From Bacteroidales bacterium (GTDB lineage Bacteria > Bacteroidota > Bacteroidia > Bacteroidales > NBLH01), in NCBI GenBank assembly GCA_050291445.1, contig JBNKJW010000075.1, positions 581 through 64,580 of the forward strand: 64,000 nt of DNA, written 5' to 3'. The position numbers were made by a program, and so were the translations under genes. Each line of letters begins with the position of its first letter. The stretch's first letter is position 1. The notes beneath the pieces were generated by a model, which did no database searches, was not told the DNA's origin, and saw only the letters and a list, made by a program, of their open reading frames with translations. Positions 39,050-49,387 of the stretch are shown one piece after another.

Positions 39050-39565
39050 GTGAAGGAAAAAAACAAAACCATATTTCTAGATCGCGACGGGGTTATCAAC
39101 GATAATTCAGTAGCTTATTACGTATATAAACCTAAAGATTTTATCATCAACCCTGGCGTAATTGAAAGCTTAAAACTTTTTCAAAAAAAAGGGTATCAAC
39201 TCATTGTAATAACCAACCAGGGAGGCATTGCAAAAAAACAGTACAAAAACTTGGACATCAACAACTTAAACAAGATTCTTGAATCGAAATTTTCAGAAGA
39301 GGGAATTGAATTAAAGGAAATTTTTTATTGCCCACATCATTCTGATATTTCCAGGTGTTTGTGCCGAAAACCTGGCTCCCTTTTGTTTGAAAAAGCCATT
39401 GCAAAATACAAGGTTGATGTGAATGCATCATTTATGATTGGAGATTCGGAAAGAGATATTGTGGCAGCTGAAAAGGTTGGCGTAAAAGGAATAAAGGTAA
39501 AAGCAAACGGTAATTTGTTTGAATCGATAAAAAACACAGCATATTCGTATTTGCTGGATCAATAA
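39050..39565 (+). CDS. gmhB: HAD-IIIA phosphatase, D,D-heptose 1,7-bisphosphate phosphatase-like
   Basis: FLDRDGVIN, ITNQGGI, CPHH..CLCRKPG zinc motif, MIGDSERD. Confidence 0.88.
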   Translation: MKEKNKTIFLDRDGVINDNSVAYYVYKPKDFIINPGVIESLKLFQKKGYQLIVITNQGGIAKKQYKNLDINNLNKILESKFSEEGIELKEIFYCPHHSDISRCLCRKPGSLLFEKAIAKYKVDVNASFMIGDSERDIVAAEKVGVKGIKVKANGNLFESIKNTAYSYLLDQ

Positions 39566-39577
39566 ATAAAAAGAAAG

Positions 39578-40459
39578 ATGAGTAGTGCAGGATACATTAG
39601 TTACAACGGAAAAATTATACATAAAGATGAACTCAAACTTGGACTAAACAATCGTTCATTTCAATATGGCGATGGCCTGTTTGAAACCATGTATGCCTCA
39701 GGCAATAAAATACAATTCTTTTACGATCACATGGATCGCCTCATCCGAAACATGAAGGTTTTAAAAATGGAAATCCCCGTAAGGTTTTCCATTGATACGA
39801 TGGGGTTGCAAAACGAAATTTCAAAAATACTAAACAAAAACAAGTTGTTTAAAGGTGCAAGGATAAGGATGACTGTTTTCAGAGAAGCCGGAGGCCTTTA
39901 CAGCCCTACCTCAAACGAAGTTGAATACATTATTGAAAGCAGCCCCTTAACTTCAACCATTTATGAATTGAACACAAAAGGACTGCTCATTGACATTTAC
40001 GATGAACAATTAAAGCCTATTAACAACCTTGCTTCTTTAAAACTCACCAGTTCAATATTTTTTGTACTTGCCGGAATTTTCAAAAAAGAGAACAACCTGG
40101 ACGAATGCCTGATAATAAACACCAAGGGCAACATTATAGAAGGAATCAGCTCTAATCTTTTTCTGGTAAAAGAAAACGTAGTCACAACCCCTTCATTACG
40201 AGAAGGTTGCCTACCTGGAATTATGAGACAAAAAGTGATAGAACTGGCCAGAAAACAAGGATTAATAGTGCAGGATGAACAAGTTATAAAGATACAGGAC
40301 ATAATGGCGGCAGATGAAATCTTTTTTACTAATGCAGTGCGAGGTATACAATGGGCTGTTGGTTTCAAACAGCGCAGGTATTATAACAAAGTGGCAAAAA
40401 CTCTTTCGGATGCATTAAATCAACAACAATTTCCTGAAATAGTTGCTAAAAGTGCATGA
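39578..40459 (+). CDS. Class IV aminotransferase (4-amino-4-deoxychorismate lyase/D-amino acid aminotransferase-like)
   Basis: RSFQYGDGLFETM, HMDRL, EGISSNLF, GCLPGIMR, EIFFTNAVRG. Confidence 0.9.
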   Translation: MSSAGYISYNGKIIHKDELKLGLNNRSFQYGDGLFETMYASGNKIQFFYDHMDRLIRNMKVLKMEIPVRFSIDTMGLQNEISKILNKNKLFKGARIRMTVFREAGGLYSPTSNEVEYIIESSPLTSTIYELNTKGLLIDIYDEQLKPINNLASLKLTSSIFFVLAGIFKKENNLDECLIINTKGNIIEGISSNLFLVKENVVTTPSLREGCLPGIMRQKVIELARKQGLIVQDEQVIKIQDIMAADEIFFTNAVRGIQWAVGFKQRRYYNKVAKTLSDALNQQQFPEIVAKSA

Positions 40460-40463
40460 TATG

Positions 40464-40740
40464 GTCAATCTACAATCGTAAATCAATATCATACAAATAG
40501 GTTGGATGAGTGGACGATGGACGATTGAAAAATCTACCATTGAGAGAATGGACACAATCATAAATAACTCAATATTAGACCAATATCATACAAACAGGTT
40601 GGATAATTGACAATTGAAAAATTTACGATCGCGAGAATGGTCAATCGTAAACCACTCAATATTAGACCAATACAATACAAATAGATTTAATGATTGAAAG
40701 TTTAACGATTTGAAAATGAATTTAATAAATACTCACAAAG
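40464..40740. repeat. Upstream tandem array of about 2.5 degenerate ~90-bp hairpin units
   Basis: Anchor CAATA(T/C)(C/A)ATACAAA at 40484, 40581 and 40668 (spacing 97 and 87 bp); units carry GACGATTG-like and CAATCGTAAA-like arms and ACTCAATATTAGAC. Confidence 0.8.
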
Positions 40741-40750
40741 CTAAATTAGT

Positions 40751-41107
40751 ATGACACCAAAAGACATAGAAGAACGATTAATTGACTATTCTGTGCTTAT
40801 CATTGAAATTACAGAATCATTAGTAAAAACTAAAGCAGGAAATTATTATGCAGGTCAGATAATCAGATCTGGTAGCTCTCCAGCTCTGAATTATGGCGAG
40901 GCTCAAGATGCTGAGTCACGCAAAGACTTTATTCACAAAATAAAAATCATGCTTAAGGAATTAAGAGAAACTAATATTGCATTAAAAGTTATTGAAAGAG
41001 CCAATCTTTCTGAAAAACCAGATCTTGCCAGGAAAGTGATAGTTGAAACAAATGAATTAATCTCTATTTTTGTTAAAACTGTCTCAACAGCCAGAAGAAA
41101 CAGTTAA
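40751..41107 (+). CDS. Four-helix-bundle protein (23S rRNA intervening-sequence protein family)
   Basis: QIIRSGSSPALNYGEAQDAESRKDFIHKIKIMLKELRET..ETNELISIF matches the family pattern QxxRSxxSxxxNxxEA...DFxHK..xKExxET. Confidence 0.93.
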   Translation: MTPKDIEERLIDYSVLIIEITESLVKTKAGNYYAGQIIRSGSSPALNYGEAQDAESRKDFIHKIKIMLKELRETNIALKVIERANLSEKPDLARKVIVETNELISIFVKTVSTARRNS

Positions 41108-41124
41108 AGAACGACGATAAAGGG

Positions 41125-41676
41125 ATAGATTGACGATTAGAGAATTGGCAAATCGTAAATCGATAAATCATAAACAACTAAATATCAGCTGCTTAAACCA
41201 AACGCTAAAGGGTTGACGATGGAAATTAGGAGATTGACGATTGCAGGATTGGAAAAGCGTAAATCTGCAATCTTAAATCTGCAATCTTAAATAACTAAAT
41301 ATTAACTATTTAAATCAAAGATTAAAGGATTGATGATTGGAAAGTCGTAAATCTGCAATCGTAAATAACTAAATAACAGCTATTTAAATCAAAAATTAAA
41401 GGATTGACGATTGGAAATTGGGAGATTGACGATTGCAGGATTGGCAAATCGTAAATCTGCAATCGTAAATCAGTAAATCATAAACAGCTAAATATCAACT
41501 ATTTAAATCAACAATTAAAGGATTAACGATTGAAAATTGGGAGATTGACGATTGAAGGATTGGCAAATCGTAAATCTGTAATCGTAAATAACTAAATAAC
41601 AACTATTTAAATCAAATATTAAAGGATTAACGATAGGAAGTTGTGAGATTGACGATTGAGGAATTGAAGGATTGAC
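41125..41676. repeat. Downstream tandem array of about 5.5 degenerate 74-119-bp hairpin units
   Basis: Anchor CTAAATA at 41178, 41295, 41369, 41488 and 41592. Consensus unit: CTAAATA(T/A)CAACTATTTAAATCAAAAATTAAAGGATTGACGATTGGAAATTGGGAGATTGACGATTGCAGGATTGGCAAATCGTAAATCTGCAATCGTAAAT. Confidence 0.92.
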
Positions 41677-41698
41677 ATTTGAAATAAATCACAAAGAC

Positions 41699-42235
41699 AT
41701 GACAATCAAGTATTTACACAAAACAACATTTTTAATTCTGATTTGCATATTATTTTATGGATTAAAACCTTCAAAAGTATTTTCACAAGACAGTGATTTT
41801 AAGCGCAACACTATTTATGCTGGTTTTGCCAATGAAGGAGCCCTTTATTCAATCAATTATGATAGAATCTTTAGCCAAAATAAAAAATTTGCATGGAGCT
41901 ATCGTATAGGATTTTCAATTTTGGAAGAAGCTGTAGTCATGCCAGTTGGCGTTTATTTGCTAACAGGAAAAGGCAACTCACATGCAGAATTTAGTTTTAC
42001 TGTCATCCCCTATATTGATAAATACCAAAGCATGTTTAAAGAGGATGATCTCTCGGATAAATACATCTACCTGGTTCCGGGAGTCGGATACAGGTTTCAA
42101 AAACCAAATGGAGGGCTATTCTTTAAAGTTTTTGGTTCACCAACCGTTTTTTTAGACCCTCCATCAAGTAATTTTTGGAAAATGGATCCGAAATTAAGAT
42201 TTATGGTTGGTGGAGGACTTGGCTTTAGTTTTTGA
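41699..42235 (+). CDS. Hypothetical outer-membrane beta-barrel-like protein
   Basis: Signal peptide; RNTIYAGF, YSINYDRIF, VGYRFQKPNGGLFFK and C-terminal GLGFSF aromatic end. Confidence 0.72.
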   Translation: MTIKYLHKTTFLILICILFYGLKPSKVFSQDSDFKRNTIYAGFANEGALYSINYDRIFSQNKKFAWSYRIGFSILEEAVVMPVGVYLLTGKGNSHAEFSFTVIPYIDKYQSMFKEDDLSDKYIYLVPGVGYRFQKPNGGLFFKVFGSPTVFLDPPSSNFWKMDPKLRFMVGGGLGFSF

Positions 42236-42370
42236 AAGCCACCTATTAGCCAGCAAACAATCCGCAAAATTCTAGGAAAAGCAATAAATATAGTCAGTCA
42301 TTATATTTTAGCTTATAAGGTCATTTTCTTACATTTGTGCCTTTGTTTAATAAATAAAGCCATTCCTATT

Positions 42371-44104
42371 ATGAACATAAGCGAAATTCTTCAGGCAATT
42401 GATAACAGCATTGGTGGTTCATCCTGGTTTGTATACTTACTATTAGGAACAGGTCTTTTTTATACCATCTACCTAAGATTTCCACAAGTAAGGTATTTCA
42501 AACATGCCATTAAAATTGTAAAAGGGAAATTTGACAAAAAAGGGGACAAAGGAGATACCTCTCATTTTCAAGCACTTGCAACTGCCTTATCGGGCACAGT
42601 AGGTACAGGAAATATTGCCGGAGTAGCTTTTGCTATTTATCTGGGAGGGCCTGCCGCCCTATTCTGGATGTTGGTAACAGCTATGCTGGGAATGACTACC
42701 AAATTTGTAGAAGTAACACTTTCGCACAAATACAGAGAAACAGCAGAGGATGGTTCTATTGCCGGAGGCCCTATGTATTACATGAAAAATGCTGATTTTA
42801 GGCTGTTTGGACAAAAACTTAACCTAAAATGGCTTGCGGTTATATTTGCAATTGCCACAGTATTTTCATCATTTGGTACTGGTAACCTTCCACAAATTAA
42901 CAGTATTTCCAATTCAATGGAAGCTACTTTTGGAATTAAAACCTACATCACAGGAGCAGTTTTAGCCATCTTATTAGCCTTTGTTATTATTGGCGGAATT
43001 AAAAGAATAGCCAAAGTAACTGAAAAACTGGTTCCAGGCATGGCCATTTTATATTTTATTGGTGCCCTGGCTGTTATACTTTATAATTATGAAAACATCA
43101 TCCCTTCGTTTATCTCAATTTTTAAGGATGTTTTCACAGGTACCTCAGCTGTTGGGGGTTTCCTGGGGGCAAGTTTTGCCTATGCATTCAATCGGGGAGT
43201 AAACCGAGGACTATTTTCTAATGAGGCAGGACAAGGTTCTGCTCCAATTGCCCACGCCGCAGCCAGAACACAGCAACCAGTTTCCGAAGGAATGGTGGCC
43301 ATTTTAGAGCCTTTTATAGACACTATTATCATTTGTTCATTAACAGGTTTAGTACTTTTATCATCAGGAGTTTGGCACGAAAAGCACGAAAATACCTTCA
43401 AGCATGCAGACATGTTTATTCTGGATAAAAAGCTGTCTGAGAAAAAAGAAAAACACAAAACCGCACTTTTTAATCACATTGCAGGAAAAGATACCATTCC
43501 AATGTTTTCTGGTGAATTAAAAGTAAAAAAAGGGAAAATAAAGAAAAAGGTAACAGTAATTCATGCACGTTCTTTTGCCGAAGATGTGTTGATTTATTAT
43601 AACGATAGCTTGTTTACAGGAAAAATTAATATTAAAGATGGTAAAATTGCCGAAGAACAGCAAAACAACAAAAGTGAAGAACTTTTTGAGTTTACTGGTA
43701 AATCACTGGTGCATAGCGCACCATTAACTGCTATTGCCTTTAAACGGGGCTTTTTTGGCGATTTTGGGCAATACATTGTTTCTATTGGCCTGCTCTTGTT
43801 TGCCTTCTCAACGGCCATTTCATGGTCATATTATGGCGGAAGGGCTATCACCTTTCTGTTTGGCACAAAAGGGGTTATTTATTACCGGATTATTTATGTA
43901 ATAGGTTTCTTTATTGCCTCGTTTGTTGACACAACCATTGTGTGGATAATTTCAGGCATTACCATAGCCTTTATGACCATTCCGAACCTTTTTGGAATTT
44001 TGATGTTACAGAAAGACATGAAAAATACGGTAAAAAAATACTGGGTTGATTTTAGTAAAGAACATCCAGAAGAAAAGATACCTGAAAAAATAACAGAAAA
44101 ATAA
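42371..44104 (+). CDS. Sodium:alanine/glycine symporter (AGCS family) with an inserted soluble loop domain
   Basis: [73 protein letters not shown]; TACATTTG box at 42330-42337. Confidence 0.93.
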   Translation: MNISEILQAIDNSIGGSSWFVYLLLGTGLFYTIYLRFPQVRYFKHAIKIVKGKFDKKGDKGDTSHFQALATALSGTVGTGNIAGVAFAIYLGGPAALFWMLVTAMLGMTTKFVEVTLSHKYRETAEDGSIAGGPMYYMKNADFRLFGQKLNLKWLAVIFAIATVFSSFGTGNLPQINSISNSMEATFGIKTYITGAVLAILLAFVIIGGIKRIAKVTEKLVPGMAILYFIGALAVILYNYENIIPSFISIFKDVFTGTSAVGGFLGASFAYAFNRGVNRGLFSNEAGQGSAPIAHAAARTQQPVSEGMVAILEPFIDTIIICSLTGLVLLSSGVWHEKHENTFKHADMFILDKKLSEKKEKHKTALFNHIAGKDTIPMFSGELKVKKGKIKKKVTVIHARSFAEDVLIYYNDSLFTGKINIKDGKIAEEQQNNKSEELFEFTGKSLVHSAPLTAIAFKRGFFGDFGQYIVSIGLLLFAFSTAISWSYYGGRAITFLFGTKGVIYYRIIYVIGFFIASFVDTTIVWIISGITIAFMTIPNLFGILMLQKDMKNTVKKYWVDFSKEHPEEKIPEKITEK

Positions 44105-44252
44105 GAACAGCCTCAACAAGCTGATTATAAGAAAAATACAAATAAAAAGCAGATTATTTTTAAGATAGTCTACTTTGTTCAATTAACAATGGAAGTTTAA
44201 TTCGCAAGCTATTAAAAAACTTAAACATTTCTAAACCCAAACAGGTTTAGCA

Positions 44253-44365
44253 TCTATACCGAACCGCTGGCAGTTTTAGTTTGCTTCACAAGCTTGCAAA
44301 CCAAAACTGCCAGTCGATCGGCATATACAAAGCCATTTTAAAATTTCAAACAGACTTAGTATAAA
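44253..44365. repeat. Palindromic MITE/REP-like dispersed element, copy 2
   Basis: CTGGCAGTTTTAGTTTGC (44267-44284) pairs with GCAAACCAAAACTGCCAG (44296-44313) at 17/18; shares 50/51 bp with 10557-10607. Confidence 0.8.
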
Positions 44366-44397
44366 ATCAAGGTTTTCGAATCTCATATCTAAAAAAA

Positions 44398-45012
44398 ATG
44401 AATATCAAAGAAAAAATAAAAAACTACTTCAATAAAAAGTCAAAATTAGGAATTGCTTCAGATGTTTTTTTTGTTGGGATACTAATCGCTTTTTTAATCC
44501 CACAAAGCAGGCTACAACTAGGCGCATGGGTAAATCAAATAAAAATGGTATTTGTTTCCCCTTCGGTAAACGATACTGAAAACACAACTACGCTTAAAGA
44601 AGGGGATTACGAAATGGTTTTCCAAGACCTGGAAGGAAATAATCTTGAGGTTTCAAGCCTAAAAGGAAAAGTTCTTTTCCTAAACATATGGGCTACCTGG
44701 TGCCCGCCTTGCGTTGCAGAAATGCCAAGTATTCAGAAACTCTATGAAAAGTACAAAAACAATGATGAAATTGCCTTTCTTATTGTTAGTAATGAGAAAT
44801 CAGCACCAGTTGAAAAATTCATGAAAAAGAAAGGGTATACTTTCCCGGCTTATTTAAATAAATTCAGAATGCCCGATGCTTTCGCCACCAATAGCATTCC
44901 TACTACTTTCGTAATTTCAAAAGAAGGAAAAATTGTGGTTAGGGAGGTAGGTGCTTCTGATTGGGCAAGTGAAAGCATGTTTGAAATTATGGACAAATTG
45001 GTAAATGAATAA
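44398..45012 (+). CDS. TlpA/ResA-family thiol:disulfide oxidoreductase
   Basis: GKVLFLNIWATWCPPCVAEMP, SIPTTFVI; N-terminal membrane anchor. Confidence 0.93.
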   Translation: MNIKEKIKNYFNKKSKLGIASDVFFVGILIAFLIPQSRLQLGAWVNQIKMVFVSPSVNDTENTTTLKEGDYEMVFQDLEGNNLEVSSLKGKVLFLNIWATWCPPCVAEMPSIQKLYEKYKNNDEIAFLIVSNEKSAPVEKFMKKKGYTFPAYLNKFRMPDAFATNSIPTTFVISKEGKIVVREVGASDWASESMFEIMDKLVNE

Positions 45013-45015
45013 AAA

Positions 45016-46164
45016 ATGAAACAGGGCAAAGCCAAGGTATATGCTATTTCTTTTGGGCATTTTATCCATGATGTGTATACTGCTTTTTTAGCCCCGGTAC
45101 TACCTATATTAATCGAAAACCTAAAACTCAGTTACTTTCAGGCAGGGCTACTTTCGGTAATTCGCTCACTACCAGCCGCTTTCAATGCGTTTATCGGGCT
45201 TTTAGCAGATAAAAAAGACTTTCGGGTTTTTGTCATTCTTGCCCCCGCAATAAGTGGTATATTAATGAGTTTGATTGGTTTGGCCCCCAATTACATTGTA
45301 TTGGTTTTAATGTTATTTGCTGTAGGTATAAATTCCACACTGTTCCATATTCCAACGCCTGTAATGATCCGCAAAGTTAGCCCGAAAAAACTGGGTTTTG
45401 GAATGAGCATGTACATGTTGGGTGGAGAACTGGCCAGAACAATTGGGCCATTAACCATTTTAGCAGGTGTTTCTTTGTGGGGTTTTGAAGGAACTTACCG
45501 ATTGATACCACTTTCGCTGGCGACATCTTTATTAATGTGGGCACAATTGCGCAAAATAAGGATTCATCGTAAAAAGGAAAGTACAGAAATACCTGTCAGA
45601 ATTAAATTAATACTGCGCAAACATGCCCGCTTATTTATTATGATAACAGGTTTTATGTTGTTTACCTCTTTAATGAAATCAGCGTTATCGGTTTTTTTGC
45701 CTACTTTCAAAAACGAGCAGGGAGCCAGCCTTTGGGCCGGAGGAATAAACCTCGCTATTTACCAATTTGCAGGTGCAATGGGAGCTTTTGGCTCGGGCAC
45801 CTTATCTGATAAATTTGGCAGGCGCAGAATTTTACTAATTGCAGCCATTGCCAACCCATTTCTAATGGCAACATTTGTTTTTTTCCAGGATTCTATGGCG
45901 TCAACAGTTTTATTGATTTTAATTGGGGCCAGTTTGCTATCATACGGCTCGGTTTTACTTGCAATGGTTCAGGAAATAAAAACAGACCGTCCGGCCTTTT
46001 TAAATGGTATCTACATGACTATCAACTTCTTTGTAAGTTCAATAGGTGCCCTATTTATTGGTTGTTTTAGCGATTTATTTGGGATGACAGGCACCTTTTA
46101 TTTAGCTGCTTTTTTAGCCCTTTTGGCAGTGCCATTTATATTTTTCCTGCCTGGAAAAATATAA
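45016..46164 (+). CDS. MFS transporter (Fsr-like)
   Basis: GHFIHDVY..PVLPIL, about 12 hydrophobic segments, GTLSDKFGRR motif A. Confidence 0.88.
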   Translation: MKQGKAKVYAISFGHFIHDVYTAFLAPVLPILIENLKLSYFQAGLLSVIRSLPAAFNAFIGLLADKKDFRVFVILAPAISGILMSLIGLAPNYIVLVLMLFAVGINSTLFHIPTPVMIRKVSPKKLGFGMSMYMLGGELARTIGPLTILAGVSLWGFEGTYRLIPLSLATSLLMWAQLRKIRIHRKKESTEIPVRIKLILRKHARLFIMITGFMLFTSLMKSALSVFLPTFKNEQGASLWAGGINLAIYQFAGAMGAFGSGTLSDKFGRRRILLIAAIANPFLMATFVFFQDSMASTVLLILIGASLLSYGSVLLAMVQEIKTDRPAFLNGIYMTINFFVSSIGALFIGCFSDLFGMTGTFYLAAFLALLAVPFIFFLPGKI

Positions 46165-46194
46165 ACTTACCAGGTTTTAAAAACCTGGCAAGTT
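46164..46194. repeat. 31-bp REP-like palindrome, copy 2 (between convergent MFS and alaS)
   Basis: AACTTACCAGGTTTTAAAAACCTGGCAAGTT; one mismatch versus 38185-38215. Confidence 0.85.
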
Positions 46195-46196
46195 CC

Positions 46197-48815
46197 CTAT
46201 TTTATCAAATCAACCGCCTTATCTATTGCCTGTTGAATACCTTCGGTATTTTTTCCACCTGCAGTTGCATAAAAAGGCTGGCCTCCACCACCACCTTTTA
46301 TGGCTGAAGATATTTCCTTAATAATATTTCCGGCATGCAGGTCTTTTTCTTTCACCAGATTATCGGCAATCATTACGCTAACAATTGCTTTTCCTCCAAT
46401 GGCAGCACCCAAAACCAAAAACAGGTTCTCCACTTCGGATTTTAACTGAAACGATATATCTTTCATGCTTTGTGCAGAATCAACTTCAATTTTTTGAGCA
46501 ATAACATTAATGCCATTAATCTCTTGTTTTTTATCAAGCAGGGCAGACTTTACACCCTGTGCTTTTTCTTTTTGGAATCCTTCAATTTCTTTCTTTAAGG
46601 CAGCATTTTCATCAATAACCTGTTGAACTGCCTTTACAATATCCTTCTGGTTTTTGAAAAGTTCTTTCAGGTTATTTAACGTTTGACGGTCTTTTGTCAC
46701 ATATTCCTCGGCCTTAACAGAAGTAATTGCTTCTATCCTTCGGATACCTGCTGCAGTTGCTGATTCTGATTTTATAATAAAATAACCGATTTCGCCAGTT
46801 GCCCTTACATGCGTTCCTCCGCACAATTCAACCGAATCACCAAATTTAATTACCCGCACTACATCGCCATATTTTTCACCGAATAACGACATAGCACCCA
46901 TTTCCTGGGCCTTTTGCATAGGTATGCTACGTTTCTCGTCAAGAGCTATATTACTTCTAATCAAACTATTAACCAGCAGTTCCACCTCTGCAATTTCTTC
47001 ATCAGTCATTTTTTTAAAGTGGGCAAAATCAAATCGCAAATGGTTCTCATCAACCAATGAACCTTTTTGCTCAACATGCTCACCCAACACTTTTCTTAAT
47101 GCATAATGCAATAAGTGGGTTGCTGAGTGATTGGCCTCTGTCAATTTTCGTTTCTTTAAACTAACATAAGCATTAAAAGATGCCTTTGGTTGCTGAGGTA
47201 GTTTTTTAACAATATGTACAATTTGGTTATGTTCCTTTTGTGTATCAATAATATCAATTCGTTCGTTGTCATTTTCAATGTAGCCTTTATCACCAACCTG
47301 GCCACCACTTTCAGCATAAAAAGGGGTCATGTTAAATACCAATTGATACAACTCCTTACCTTTTGTTGTGACTTTACGATATTTTGTGATTTTCAACTTA
47401 GTCTCAGTATAATCATAACCAATAAACTCATCCACATCATCTTCAAGCAACACCTCCCAATCATCCGTTTCCATGCTGGCAGCATTACGCGAACGACTTT
47501 TCTGGGCTTCCATTTCTTCATCAAACTCCAGCTTACTGACTATTAAACCATGTTCCTTAAGAATAAGTTCTGTTAAATCAAAAGGAAAACCATAGGTATC
47601 ATAAAGCTCAAAGGCATCTTTTCCCTTCACCACTTTATAACCACCTCCATTCATTTTTTCAATAATCTTGTCCAGTAAACGAATACCTGTGTCAAGTGTC
47701 TTTAAAAAGGCATTTTCTTCCTCCTGGATAACTTTTTCAATCAATTCCTTTTGTTTGGGCAATTCAGGATAAGCATTGCCCATTACCTCGATAAGCACAG
47801 CTAACAATTTACACAAAATTGGTTCTTCAAATTTAAGAAAGGTATATGCATATCGCACAGCACGGCGCAAAATACGTCGAATCACATACCCTGCTTTATT
47901 GTTTGAAGGCAGTTGTCCATCTGCAATTGCAAAAGCAATGGTGCGCAAATGATCAGCCATTACTCGCATGGCTATATCCTGCTGTTTATCAACACCATAG
48001 GCAAACCCTGATAAACTGGCAATTTCTTTTATAATAGGTTGAAAGACATCTGTATCGTAATTTGATTTTTTTCCCTGAACCACCATGCAAAGGCGCTCAA
48101 ATCCCATTCCTGTATCAACATGTTTGTGTGGTAAGGATTCTAATTTACCACCTGATTTTCGATTGTATTGAATAAATACAAGGTTCCATATTTCAATTAC
48201 CAATGGATCGTCTTGATTTACTAATTCACGGCCAGGCACCTTTTTTCGTTCATCATCATCACGCAAATCAACATGCAACTCAGAACAAGGTCCACAAGGC
48301 CCTGTCTCACCCATCTCCCAAAAATTATCTTTTTTGTTACCATACAAAACCTGCTCTGCACTCAAATGCTTTAACCATAATGATTTTGCTTCATCATCCG
48401 GATCGGTACCATCTTCTTTATCGCCTTCAAAAACGGTGGCATACAATCTGTCTTTACTAATTTTTAGCACTCCGGTTAAATACTCCCAGGCCCAATCAAT
48501 AGCCTCTTTTTTAAAATAATCACCAAAAGACCAGTTACCCAGCATTTCAAACATGGTATGGTGATAGGTATCATGCCCAACCTCTTCCAAATCATTATGT
48601 TTACCAGAAACCCTAAGGCATTTTTGTGAGTCGGCCACCCTTGTATCCTTTATTTGCGATATCCCCAGAAAAATATCTTTAAACTGGTTCATTCCGGCGT
48701 TGGTAAACATCAGCGTAGGGTCATTTTTTATTACCATTGGTGCCGATGGAACTATTGTATGCTGCTTTTCTTTAAAAAACTGTAAAAAGGATTGTCTTAA
48801 CTCGTTCGATGTCAT
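46197..48815 (-). CDS. alaS: Alanine--tRNA ligase
   Basis: [53 protein letters not shown], editing NHSATHL and ELCGGTH, GGGGG DHHA1. ATG 48815; TATATTTG box at 48892-48899 on the minus strand. Confidence 0.98.
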   Translation of the reverse strand: MTSNELRQSFLQFFKEKQHTIVPSAPMVIKNDPTLMFTNAGMNQFKDIFLGISQIKDTRVADSQKCLRVSGKHNDLEEVGHDTYHHTMFEMLGNWSFGDYFKKEAIDWAWEYLTGVLKISKDRLYATVFEGDKEDGTDPDDEAKSLWLKHLSAEQVLYGNKKDNFWEMGETGPCGPCSELHVDLRDDDERKKVPGRELVNQDDPLVIEIWNLVFIQYNRKSGGKLESLPHKHVDTGMGFERLCMVVQGKKSNYDTDVFQPIIKEIASLSGFAYGVDKQQDIAMRVMADHLRTIAFAIADGQLPSNNKAGYVIRRILRRAVRYAYTFLKFEEPILCKLLAVLIEVMGNAYPELPKQKELIEKVIQEEENAFLKTLDTGIRLLDKIIEKMNGGGYKVVKGKDAFELYDTYGFPFDLTELILKEHGLIVSKLEFDEEMEAQKSRSRNAASMETDDWEVLLEDDVDEFIGYDYTETKLKITKYRKVTTKGKELYQLVFNMTPFYAESGGQVGDKGYIENDNERIDIIDTQKEHNQIVHIVKKLPQQPKASFNAYVSLKKRKLTEANHSATHLLHYALRKVLGEHVEQKGSLVDENHLRFDFAHFKKMTDEEIAEVELLVNSLIRSNIALDEKRSIPMQKAQEMGAMSLFGEKYGDVVRVIKFGDSVELCGGTHVRATGEIGYFIIKSESATAAGIRRIEAITSVKAEEYVTKDRQTLNNLKELFKNQKDIVKAVQQVIDENAALKKEIEGFQKEKAQGVKSALLDKKQEINGINVIAQKIEVDSAQSMKDISFQLKSEVENLFLVLGAAIGGKAIVSVMIADNLVKEKDLHAGNIIKEISSAIKGGGGGQPFYATAGGKNTEGIQQAIDKAVDLIK

Positions 48816-49387
48816 AATCTTGAAATTAGTATATTGGTATATTGGCAATTAGTATATTGGCATTCTGAAATTACGAAAGAATACACCAATCCAAATATAC
48901 TTTTTTAAAAAAGGATTCAAAATTATCGAAATTAAAGCAAAAGAGTTGCCTATTTTTAAACTTTTTTACTTAAGTTTGAAAAATATTCCCTGCACCGCAT
49001 TTTTAGAAGTTAATGTGTACCCACTTTCAAACAAAATTTCATTTTGATTAAAAATATTTTTTAAGCCATTCGTCAAAAAACAACCTTTTTATACAATTTT
49101 TGGTCTAATAGTTGCGTTTAGGGTTTTAACACTTGTTGATAAAAAGTTAATATTCTTTAAATGATTCTAACTTTTGACCAAAAACCAATCATAAACTATT
49201 GAATTTTCGACAATTAAAATTTAACAGTTTTTAACAAACAGACCCTAACCAGAAGTTTGATATTGACAAAAAGTACAGTTTTATTGTCAAAAAAATCAAA
49301 AAACACTTGCATAATTAATTATATTTGTTACATTTGCTGTAAAATTATTGGGAACTTCATTTGAAAGCCCAATGCAACCTGAATAAG

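Noticed and set aside
40751-41107. DGR accessory gene (avd) of a diversity-generating retroelement
   Set aside because: No reverse transcriptase and no TR/VR pair with adenine-specific mismatches in the window.
41125-41676. CRISPR array
   Set aside because: The whole unit, including the would-be spacer, is conserved between copies; unit lengths are irregular (74-119 bp); no cas genes are present.
49263-49290. TTGACAA-N14-TTGTCAA palindrome in the alaS-M23 intergenic region
   Set aside because: Single short occurrence in AT-rich DNA with no cognate regulator nearby; insufficient support.
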